A program made the translations under genes and the position numbers. A DNA stretch of 64,000 bases from Mobula hypostoma (taxonomy: Eukaryota): NCBI RefSeq assembly GCF_963921235.1, contig NC_086097.1:252962001-253026000 (forward strand), read 5' to 3'. The notes under the pieces are model-generated. The model made no database searches and had not been told where the DNA came from. It worked only from the letters and a program-made list of their open reading frames with translations. Below, piece after piece: positions 10,659-21,378 of this stretch; positions within the stretch are counted from its first letter, which is position 1, and each line of letters starts with the position of its first letter.

Positions 10659-13563
10659 AGCGGGAGGAGAAGATGGCAGCACAATGCAGCACGCGCAGCT
10701 CTCCAGTGAAATGATATCGTTTCTGTTAAATAGGGGCCGTTACAATTCTGATTTGATGGAGACGGATGTGAAAGCACAGAGGAACATCTGGAGAAATTTC
10801 TGAAATACCGGCTCACTGCCGCTGTTACTGTGTGATCGAGAATCTTCCGGAGGGAAGGCCCCAAAATCCCTGGCTTTGCCTGCTGCTGGCGACCGAGACT
10901 GAGGTTGAACCATTCGGCAGAGATGGCGCTCGGTTCTCAGTGTCAGAGGGCTGATCAGAGCTCGAAGTTTTCGGACGACTCAGAGTCGGACTGTGGTCGG
11001 GCATGGCAGGGAGAGTTTTCTTCCTTCTCCTGTCTGTGTGAGATGTGGGACATTTGAGAGACTTTGAACTTTTTTACTGTGCCATGGCCTGTTCTTCATC
11101 AAGTTATGGTATTGTTGCACTGTTGTAACTATACGTTATAATTATGTGGTTTTTGTTAGTTTTTCAGTCTTGGTCTGTCCTGTGTTTCTGTGATATCACA
11201 CCAGAGGAATATTGTATCATTTCTTAATAGAAACATAGAAAATAGGTGCAGGAGTAGGCCATTCGGCCCTTCAAGCCTGCACTGCCATTTATTATGATCA
11301 TGGCTGATCATCCAACTCAGAACCCTGCACCAGCCTTCCCTCCATACCCCCTGATCCCCGTATCCACAAGGGCCATATCTAACTCCCTCTTATATATAGC
11401 CAATGAACTGGCCTCAACTGTTTCCTGTGGCAGAGAATTCCACAGATTCACCACTCTCTGTGTGAAGAAGTTTTTCCTCATCTCGGTCCTAAAAGGCTTC
11501 CCCTTTATCCACAAACTGTGACCCCTTGTTCTGGACTTCCCCAACATCGGGAACAATCTTCCTGCATCTAGCCTGTCCAATCCCTTTAGGATTTTATATG
11601 TTTCAATCAGATCCCCCCTCAATCTTCTAAATTCCAACGAGTACAAGCCCAGTTCATCCAGTCTTTCTTCATATGAAAGTCCTGCCATCCCAGGAATCAA
11701 TCTGGTGAACCTTCTTTGTACTCCCTCTATGGCAAGGATGTCTTTCCTCAGATTAGGGGACCAAAACTGCACACAATACTCCAGGTGTTGTCTCACCAAG
11801 GCCTTGTACAACTGCAGTACTACCTCCCTGCTCCTGTACTCGAATCCTCTCGCTATAAATGCCAGCATACCATTTGCCTTTTTCACCGCCTGCTGTACCT
11901 GCATGCCCACTTTCAATGACTGGTGTATAATGAGACCCAGGTCTCATTGCACTTCCCCTTTTCCTAATCGGCCACCATTCAGATAATAATCTGTTTTCCT
12001 ATTTTTGCCACCAAAGTGGATAACTTCACATTTATCCACATTAAATTGCATCTGCCATGAATTTGCCCACTCACCCAACCTATCCAAGTCACTCTGCATC
12101 CTCTTAGCACCCTCCTCACAGCTAACACTGCCGCCCAGCTTCGTGTCATCCGCAAACTTTGAGATGCTGCATTTAATTCCCTCATCCAAGTCATTAATAT
12201 ATATTGTAAACAACTGGGGTCCCAGCACTGAGCCTTGCGATACCCCACTAGTCACTGCCTGCCATTTTGAAAAGGTCCCGTTTATTCCCACTCTTTGCTT
12301 CCTGTCTGCTAACCAATTCTCTGTCCATATCAATACCTTACCCCCAATACCGTGTGCTTTAAGTTTGCACACTAATCTCCTGTGTGGGACCTTGTCAAAA
12401 GCCTTTTGAAAATCCAAATATACCACATCCACTGGTTCTCCCCTATCCACTCTACTAGTTACATCCTCAAAAAATTCTATGAGATTCGTCAGACATGATT
12501 TTCCTTTCACAAATCCATGCTGACTTTGTCCGATGATTTCACCGCTTTCCAAATGTGCTGTTATCACATCTTTGATAACTGACTCTAGCAGTTTCCCCAC
12601 CACCGATGTTAGGCTAACCGGTCTATAATTCCCCGGTTTCTCTCTCCCTCCTTTTTTAAAAAGTGGGGTTACATTAGCCACCCTCCATTTCTCAGGAACT
12701 AGTCCAGAATCGAAAGAGTTTTGAAAAATTATCACTAATTTCTTGGGCTACTTCCTTAAGCGTTCTGGGATGCAGACCATCTGGCCCTGGGGATTTATCT
12801 GCCTTTAATCCCTTCAATTTACCTAACACCACTTCCCTACTAACATGTATTTCGCTCAGTTCCTCCATCTCACTGGACCCTCTGTCCCCTACTATTTCTG
12901 GAAGATTATTTATGTCCTTCTTAGTGAAGACAGAACCAAAGTAATTATTCAATTGGTCTGCCATGTCCTTGCTCCCCATAATCAATTCACCTGTTTCTGT
13001 CTGTAGGGGACCTACATTTGTCTTAACCAGTCTTTTCCTTTTTACATATCTATAAAAGCTTTTACAGTCAGTTTTTATGTTCCCTGCCAGTTTTCTCTCA
13101 TAATCTTTTTTCCCCTTCCTAATTAAGCCCTTTGTCCTCCTCTGCTGAACTCTGAATTTCTCCCAGTCCTCAGGTGAGCCACTTTTTCTGGCTAATTTGT
13201 ATGCTTCTTCTTTGGAATTGATACTATCCCTAATTTCTCTTGTCAGCCACGGGTGCACTACCTTCCTTGATTTATTCTTTTGCCAAACTGGGATGAACAA
13301 TTGTTGTACTTCATCCATGCAATCTTTAAATGCTTGCCATTGCATATCCACCGTCAATCCTTTAAGTGTCATTTGCCAGTCTATCTCAGCTAATTCACGT
13401 CTCATACCTTCAAAGTTACCCCTCTTTAAGTTCAGAACCTTTGTTTCTGAATTAACTATGTCACTCTCCATCTTAATGAAGAATTCCACCATATGATGGT
13501 CATATTATGCATTACTAAATGACAATAAAAGAGGACTGTGGGTCCTCATAATCTAATAATCAA
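10659..13563 (+). mobile_element. Family A non-autonomous element, complete, interrupted by a CR1
   Basis: Starts GGGAGGAGAAGATGGC and ends gtcctcataatctaat, with a 7-bp TSD GTAAATT. Confidence 0.8.
11229..13504 (-). pseudogene. Young 5'-truncated CR1 LINE, ORF2 (reverse transcriptase) nearly intact
   Basis: ORF pieces 12692-13492, 11944-12735 and 11317-11916 carry NYRPVSLTS, YLDFQKAFDKVPH, QGSVLGP and KFADD. One frameshift and one in-frame stop. TTCTATG-type tail. Confidence 0.95.
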
Positions 13564-14519
13564 GTAAATTGAAATCCCCATGAATATTGTAATATTGACT
13601 TTTAGACATGTCTTTTTCATCTCCCATTGTAATTGTACCCCATATCATGACTACTTGAGTCCTGTATATGACTCCTACCAGGGTCTCTTTACCCTTGTAA
13701 TTTCTTAACTGAATCCTAAACAATTCAATCTCAATTCACAACAATTCCACATCTTCCAATCCTATGATACATCTTTCTAAGGATTTGATTTTATTTTTCA
13801 CCAAGAGAAATATATCAATGTTTTTAAACAAGAAAGATATTTAAGATAACTGGCATACAGATGTGAAGTGAGGCAAGGAGAATGTTTGTAAAATGAATCG
13901 TTATGATCTGAAATGTAATGTCTGAGGAAGCAGGTTGAATCATAGCTGCCTAAAAACAAATACTTGTAGGAAAATGACATGGTTATTAATAATGGGTGGT
14001 GGAATGGGGTTCATTAAGCAGGTTGTTCACAGGCACAGGGACAACACTCTCTGCACTGCATCCTCTCTGATTCAGTTATTCTATAACTTATTGACTTCTT
14101 GCCAAGATGAAGTTATCCTGCTGTGACAAAGCCAAAATATTCTGAGAATTGTTGTAATTCCTCACTGTATAATAACAGATCAGTATCTATCTTAATAACA
14201 TCCAGAGATCTATGAAATGGAAAGCCTTCTACCATCCATTTTCTTCACAATATGCATCACTACAAAAATAACTCCTTTCACGAGGTTTCAGGGTCTGTTT
14301 TGGTTTTCATTAATATTTAACTTCATGCTGTCACCTTTGGCTGAACCTCTACATCTCCCATTCTGTGTTCTGACGTTTCAGCAATCACTCTTCTTCTAGA
14401 ACAGCACCCTTTATCTTTCATTCTTCATTCTTGCGCGATCCGTTGGTCCAGGTGAACCATGAATGTTGTGTCACAGCTTTGATACGAAAGCCAGTACACA
14501 CAGCAGGGCAGTACGATAT

Positions 14520-15050
14520 GTAGAGCAGGCTTTGTCACCAAAGGCGCCAGTAAATTTCTACAAGTGTACCGTGGAGAGCATTCTAACAGGTTGCATCACC
14601 GTCTGTCTGGGAGGGGCCACTGCACAGGATCAGAAAAGGCTCCAGAGCGTTGTAAGCTGAGCCAGCCCCATCATGGGCACTGGCCTCCCCAGCATCGAGG
14701 AGTTCTTTAAATGGCAATGCCACAAAAAGTCACCATCCATCTTCAGAGAGCTCCATCACCCAGGACATATCCTCCTCATTGCTGCCATCAAGGAAGAGGT
14801 ACTGGAGCCTGAAGACCCACACTCAACCTGTCAGAGACAGCTTCTTCCCTTGCACCATCAGATTTCTGAACGGACCGTGAACCCACGCATGCTTCTTAAC
14901 TTTTTGTTCCCCTTTTGCTCTACATACTTATTTTTTATATACTGTATATTTCTTATTGTAACTTAAAGTAATTGCTTATGTGTTGCAATGTACTGCTGCG
15001 AAACCACAAATTTCACGAGACACGCCAGTGATATTAACCTGATTCTGACT
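14520..15050 (+). mobile_element. Rex/Babar-like LINE 3' fragment
   Basis: NFYKCTVESILTGCITV...QDQKRLQ, with the same 3' UTR as 720-1170. Confidence 0.75.
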
Positions 15051-15189
15051 AGCGATTCCTCTTACCAAAGTGCACAACTCACTCTGTCACTCCATTTGCC
15101 ATGTTTCCACCCACTCACTCAACCAACCAATTGTATATCCAAGTGAAGAATGCAAACATTCTCAAGACAACGTGAGCCACCCCTCATAT

Positions 15190-15620
15190 TTTGGTGACAT
15201 TGGTGAACTTAGATAGCTCACATTCAGCCCCTCCTTCAGGACATCCAGAGGCCCTCCTAGGTTGGAGTCAACATTGGCTGTTGTGTCCTCGTTGTCTAGT
15301 GCACAAGCCAGGCCAGGACGATATGGGGAGCGAGCTGTTGCCCGTGCAGCAGGCTCCCCCACTCCCTGCAGCTGATGAATCCAAAGCAATGGCTGTGGCC
15401 AATACAGTCTGGCACCAGTGACATCGCAGGAGTTGCCAGTCATCATTGAACTGAAAGTAGGACTGCTTTAGGGTCTCCAGCTCTGGAATTTTCTTCGGGG
15501 TTTTCTCCTGAAGCCTTCCCCATGAGTGGGTATAGCTGCAAGGCAGCGGATATTTGAGATTGGAGTTTCCTTCTCCTAAATGTGCTGCCAACCACGGCTG
15601 ACAGCACCATCTGCCTGCAT
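15190..15620 (-). mobile_element. RTE-related non-coding fragment
   Basis: Shares the ggtgccag...gcagc...ggggagcctgctgcacgggcaac block with 53140-53290. Confidence 0.5.
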
Positions 15621-15962
15621 AATTTTCATTTGCAGTGCTGTTTTTGGACAATTATAATCATCACAGCACTCTGCAGAAAATATTGTTCTAAAATTTCTTG
15701 TAACTGCTCCTTGAAGGATGGTGGAAACAAATGCTTTTTGCACACGTGCTCAAGAACTACTTGCACCTGTTGCTTTACGATTATTAAGCAGATCCCTAGT
15801 ACAATCAGATAGGCTCTTGACCTCACATTCTACCTTGTTATGATCAGAGGACCATAAGACATAGGAGCAGAATTAGGCTGTTTGGCCATCAAATTCAATC
15901 GTGGCTGTTTTATTATCCCTCTCTACCTTGCTTTTCTGCCTTCTCCCCATGACCTTCGACAC

Positions 15963-16641
15963 TGTGACAACGGCTCATCACTGACTATGGACGGCACATG
16001 GCACACTCATCCCCAGCAGTAACAGTGACTGGGTCTGAACCAGAGCTGCTGCATGGAGCTGTCTCATATCGAGGCAGCAGCAACCTGCACAGGAGTGCTG
16101 ATGGTGGAGGATACCATCGCTAATTGGATAATTGAGTTAATTAGCTTTTAGTTGGTCTAGGGGGAGGGGCTTAGCAGTTATAAGCCTCAGGTTACCAAGG
16201 CTTTGGGGTTTGGGTGAGAGAGCATGTCTGGGTATTTTTAGTGTTTTTAAGGGGTACAGGGGTTTTTTTTTAATAGAATATGATGAATAAACAGGAATAG
16301 GATACTAGGATGGTCAAAGATGGGAGGGTGAAGTGTAGGTTTGTGTTTGCGTGTGAGTGATTGGGTGAAGGGATTTAGAATGTATGTCTAGTGCACATTC
16401 TGGAGCAGAGGGTGGTGGTAATGCACCATTAAGCTGGATGCCAACTGCTGTAAAACAAGATACAGAGAGAGAGAGGCTTTGGGGTTAGTTTTCTTTTGTG
16501 TTTAGTCTGAGGGTGGATATATAGTTTTTTTTCCAAATTTTTGTCTTATTTTGAGGTAAATGAAAGCACCTCAATCTAGTTTTGTGACTCAAGCCATCTT
16601 GTTATTTTTCTTAAACAATTGACCCACAGTTTTTTGTGACA
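15963..16641. mobile_element. Solo LTR with 5-bp TSD, inserted in a CR1 3' end
   Basis: Termini TGTGACAA...TTGTGACA. TSD GACAC at 15958-15962 and 16642-16646. Confidence 0.85.
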
Positions 16642-16779
16642 GACACCCTGCCTAATCAAGAATCTATCAACCACAATCCTACTCTCTGTGACTGAATTCC
16701 ACAGATTTGCCACCCCTGGATAAAGAAATTTCTCTTCATCTCTGTTTGAAATTTTGATGTAATCTTTGTATCATTTCCT

Positions 16780-17000
16780 TTACCCACCAGGGACTTGCTG
16801 ACCTCTCATCACCTGGGAGTAAAGAATGTGTCTGGGGAGACATGAGTAAGCCATCCAGATGACAAGACCTATCCACTGGAGTTGGTGTTGCTTTATCGGG
16901 GTGGAGATGCTGTTCACGTTGGCTTCATACAGTAGGTTGGTATTAGTGTGTCTAAATTTTTCTTGTGGATCCTTAAAATCCTTAGTAAGGATCTTGAATC
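16780..17000 (-). mobile_element. RTE-like LINE RT C-terminal fragment
   Basis: QLQWIGLVIWM...LPRHILYS resembles the RTE consensus RLRWxGHVxRM...RLPKxxLY. Confidence 0.6.
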
Positions 17001-17289
17001 TTGCTCTTTGTTGTTTACCTACAGTCATAGAGCACAACAGTATGAAAACTTCTCTTGAATGTTACAACTAAACTTATATCCACCACTTCCACCTGCAGCT
17101 CATTCCACAGTCACCCCACATTTGGAGTGAAGAATTCCCTCTGGTTCCCCCTTAAATATTTCACCTTTCACCATTAACCCATGATCTTTACTTGTATTCT
17201 CACCCAACCAAAGGGACTAAAGCTTACATGGATGAAATCCAACCTACTGTACCTAAGCCCTTTATAATTTTGTACACCTCCAGAGGACC

Positions 17290-17810
17290 TGTGGTGGGTA
17301 CTTCCCACTCCAGCACGGGTAAAGCCCTTCCCACCAAAGCACACACCTACATGGAGTGCTGTCACAGGAAAGTGTTATCCATCATCAAGGACCCCACCTT
17401 CCAGGTCAAGCTCTCCTCTCAATGCTGCCATACATTGAGGTACAGGAGCCTCAGGATCCACACCACCAGGTTCAGGAACAGTTATTACCCCTCAATCATC
17501 AGGCTTTGAACCAAGGGGGATAACTTTATTCAACTTCACTCTTCGCCATCAGTGAAATGTTCCCACAATCTATGGACACACTTTCAAGGACCTGTCATCT
17601 CATGTTCTTGATATTTATTTTGTTTATTCACTTATTATTATTTTTCTTTCATTTTGTATCTGTAGTTTGTTGTCTTTTGCACATTTGGTTGTTTGTCAGT
17701 ACTGTTAGGTGTGTTCTATCATTATACTTTGAATGTCTGCACGAAAATGAATCTTAAGGTTGCATTTGGTGACGTGTTCAGGTATGTGCTTTAATAATAA
17801 ATTTACTTTG
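17290..17810 (+). mobile_element. Rex/Babar-like LINE 3' fragment
   Basis: SIIKDP...RYRSLRIHTTRFRNSYYPSIIRL. Confidence 0.75.
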
Positions 17811-17974
17811 AGAAGATTCCATAGTTTGTAAGGAGAAGGAATTGTCCATTTCCGCTTGCCTGTTCTGGGTGAAATCATTCAGTGCCCACACAAAACATCC
17901 AGGGAAAGTTCCCGTTCCCTCACTGTTACACAGCTCCAATAGTGGTGGAAATTCAAATGAAATTCAACTTCTGG

Positions 17975-18450
17975 TGATAGAGATTCAAACTTATTTATTG
18001 GTCAGGGTCTGCTGTGTTTTTTCACCAGCAGTACAGTGCAGTACATAAAAAATAAGTTACAATGAGAAATACAGAGTATATAAAAAATAACTAGTGCAAA
18101 AAGTTAAGAAGTGTTCATGAGCTCATTGTTGAGAAATCTGATGGCAGAGAGGAAGAAACTGTTCCTCACACACTGAGTGTGTGTCTTCAGGTTCTCGTAC
18201 TAACCTCCTTCCTGATGGTAGCAATGGGAAGAGGGCATGTCTTGGGTGATGGGGTCCCTAAAGATGGATGCTGACTTTTTGAGGCATTGCCTTTGGAAGA
18301 TTTCCTCACTGCTGGGAGGGCCAGTGCCCATGATGGAGCTGGTTGAGTTTACAACCCTCTGCAGTTTTTTCTGACCCTGTGCAGTGACCCCACTCATGCT
18401 GACCAGTGATGCAACCAGTTAGACTACTCTCCACGGTACCTCTTCAAAAA
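17975..18450 (-). mobile_element. Rex/Babar-like LINE 3' fragment
   Basis: TAQGQKKLQRVVN...CLKKSASIFRDP. Confidence 0.7.
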
Positions 18451-19516
18451 TTTAGTTGAGTCTTTTTTAACGTCAATTGCAAAGTCATTGAGTTATAGAA
18501 CGCTACAGTACGGAAACAAGCCGTTAGGCTCATCTGGGTCCATGCTGAGCTATTAATCTACCCCATCCCATCGACCTGCATGGGGATCAGAGCTCTCCAT
18601 ACCCCTCCCTATCTCCCAGTAAGAGGCAATAGGTGGAAAATCTAAAGGGCTGGAGAAGAAGAAATTCAATAGGAGTGGAGAGTGGACCATGGGAGAAAGG
18701 AAGGAGGAGGGACACCAGGGGGAGTGATAGGTGATCGGCAATACACTGTTTATTCCTCTCCACAGATACTGCCTGATTTCCTGAAGTAAGTTGTGTGTGC
18801 TGTTCTGGATTTCCAGCATCCATTGAGTCCTTTGTGTTTAAAACAGAGACATCTTGCTGTCAATACAATCAATGCAAACAGGCTTTTTCCACTGAAGTTG
18901 GGTGACACGAGTACTAGAGATCACGGATTAATGGGGAAATTTGGGAAAATTAAGGGGAACAAGGAGAAACTTCACTCAAAGAAGAGAGTGTGGAATGAGC
19001 TGCCAGTGGAAGTGGTGGATGCGAGGTCGATCTCAACATTTTAAATAAATTTAGATTGGTACATGGATGGAACAGGAATGGAGGGCTATGGTCCCAGTGC
19101 AGGTTGATGGGACTAGGCAGATTCATGGTTTGGCACAAACTAGATGTTTCTGTGCTGTCATGTTCTGTGTTTACACTCTAAACCAATTTTACATTCCTGC
19201 TTGAGGGAATTGATTCAAAGAGCTGGCATAACTCCAGCATCAAATTACTGGCTCACATAGTTTGAAGTTACAATATGTTATCAATTGAACCCACTAATAA
19301 GAGTCACTACAGTGGAGAGGAAATAGAATATTAACTCTAATCCTGGCAGATGAGTGATACTGTAGTTGTTTCATGCAACAAATAACACATACCAGTACGC
19401 AAGGTGCCTGTTCTGAAGAGCGAGCCTCTTTTGAATTTAGTGAGCTGTTGGCTGAATATTAGCAGAACAGCTACTGAGAGCATGTGCTGATGTAACCAAG
19501 ATCTGAAGTGGAATAT

Positions 19517-19665
19517 ACATTCCGTGGCCACTTTATTAGGTACAAGAGTCAAACTCGGTGAGTTCTTCTGCTATAGCCCATCCACTTCAAGTTTTGATAT
19601 ACTGTGCATTCGGAGATGCTCTTCTCAACATCACTGTGGTAGCATGTGGTTATTTGACTAACCAT
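19517..19665 (-). mobile_element. Tc1-like DNA transposon remnant
   Basis: Terminal motif GTGGCCACTTTATTAGGTAC plus the reverse complement of the transposase fragment at 61290-61415. Confidence 0.6.
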
Positions 19666-19680
19666 AAGACTATAAATATT

Positions 19681-20279
19681 TGTCAATATCTCCAGTTGAA
19701 CTTTGTCTTTTTGTGTGTTCTCCCCCAGCCGTCATTTTGTGGTTTTGTATTGCCACATGCTCGTTTGTTTTCATGCCCCATGCGCTCCTGTCCCTGTTCC
19801 TGCTCTACTCCAGCCCCTGTCTTACTGAGTACTCTGCCTCTCACCTGTTTCTCATTATTACCTGTTTACCTGCCACTTGTGTCTCACTGTGCTCCACCTA
19901 TCATCTGCCTCTCTGTTTATTGTCAGTGTATTTCAGTCCTGTGTTTTCAGCTGTTTGTTGCCAGATTGTGTCAGTGAATTTTCCTGAGCCTTTCCTGTCT
20001 GTCTCTGTCTGTCTGTCTCTTTTGGATTTCTCTGGATGTTTTGATCTCTGCCTGAACTCTGATGCTGACTTTGTTTGCGCCTCGGGATTGTACTCTGTCT
20101 GTCTGAATATCAACTCTGCCTGTTTCCCAGTTCTGGTTTCTGGATTTCTCTGGATGATTTGATCTCTGTCTGAACTTTGATACCAACTTTGTTTGCACCT
20201 TGGAATTTGTTACTCAATTAATATCACTGTGCGCACAGTACTGAGTCTGTGATTTGATCCCTGCTCCAGCGTCCTGACA
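19681..20279 (+). mobile_element. Solo LTR with 5-bp TSD
   Basis: Termini TGTCA...TGACA. TSD ATATT at 19676-19680 and 20280-20284. Has an internal tandem duplication, and a second copy lies at 63606-64000. Confidence 0.85.
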
Positions 20280-20284
20280 ATATT

Positions 20285-20695
20285 CCCCTCAATCCTAGTC
20301 TGCTGCCTTTTCTCCGTAACCTTTGATGTCCTTACTAATCAAGAATCTATGACCCTCCACTTTAGATATATCCAATGACTCGGCCTCCACAGCCATCCGT
20401 GACAATGAATTGCATAGATTCACCACCTTCTGTCTAAAGAAATTCCTCCTCAACTCTATTCTAAATGGATATCCTTCTATTCCGAGGCTGCACCCTCTGG
20501 TCCTAGACTCTCCCACTATAGGAAACATTCTCTCCACATCCACTCTATCTAGACCATCAGACAGAGGAGCAGAATTAGGCCATTCAGTCCATTGAGTCTG
20601 CTCTATCATTCCATCCTGGCTGATTGTGAACCCCACTCAAGGCCATACACCTGCCTTCTCACCAAATCCTTTGATGCCATGACCGAACAGGCAAT
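20285..20695 (-). mobile_element. CR1 3' fragments
   Basis: RVDVERMFPIVGESRTRG...RNFFRQKVVNL and CR1 3' UTR. Confidence 0.85.
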
Positions 20696-20696
20696 T

Positions 20697-21358
20697 CAGA
20701 GGGTGGAGCTTAGTCAAGATGGCACTAAACGGTGACTCCTTTGTTTGCATCTTCGTAAACAGCTCTATTTCTATCTTTAATAGCTCTATTTTTCCTTTTT
20801 GGGGTTCTTTTGAAGACCATGACCTGGAGTTAAATGCTGACTCTGCTTCTTTGCGGCAATGGGACCTGCTCTCAGGGTGTCATGACTGGCTGTTATCCAA
20901 TATGCCAAGGGTGCGGCCTGAGAGTGCGGCTCGCCTTTGGGGGACTTTTAACTTTGTAAACCAGCGAGTTGTTTATGTCTCCCCTCTTGCTGTGAAACAG
21001 AGACACCCCTTTCTCCCTTATTAGGGCGAGAGAGAGAGAGCCTGTGGTATGTCGAATGCCGGGTGAAATGCAAAGTCTTTGGAGTACTGCAAGTCTGTGT
21101 CTTTGCTGTTGCTTTGCTCGCACTTGAGTGCTTGGTGGCAGGTGCCGATGTTTTTTTTGCCGGTGGGGGGAGAGGGGATTGTTGCTGTCACTTACGCCTG
21201 GGAGGGAGGGGAGCTGTGGGGGCTTTGGGGTTCTAACATTTAACTGTCCTTCATTCTTTTGGGGCACTCCTCTATTTTTGTGGATGGTTGTGAAGAAAAA
21301 ACATTTCAGAATTTATATTGTATACATTTCTCTGACATTAAGTGTACCTTTGGAACCT
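20697..21358 (+). mobile_element. Non-coding interspersed repeat 'family B'
   Basis: Starts GGGTGGAGCTTAGTCAAGATGGC and ends ctgacattaa-tgtacctttg-aacct. It interrupts a CR1 3' UTR. Confidence 0.6.
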
Positions 21359-21378
21359 AAACTATCAATTTCCACCTT

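Larger units (their letters stand above)
10390..13800 (-). mobile_element. Old CR1 endonuclease fragment (10390-10658 and 13564-13800) split by nested insertions
   Basis: SAILDWVL...EPLGSSDHNMIEF. The sequence resumes after the duplicated GTAAATT (10652-10658 / 13564-13570). Confidence 0.8.

Noticed and set aside
11705..12409. Plus-strand ORFs overlapping the CR1 RT (also 37928-38639, 58739-59813)
   Set aside because: Antisense shadow ORFs of conserved RT coding sequence.
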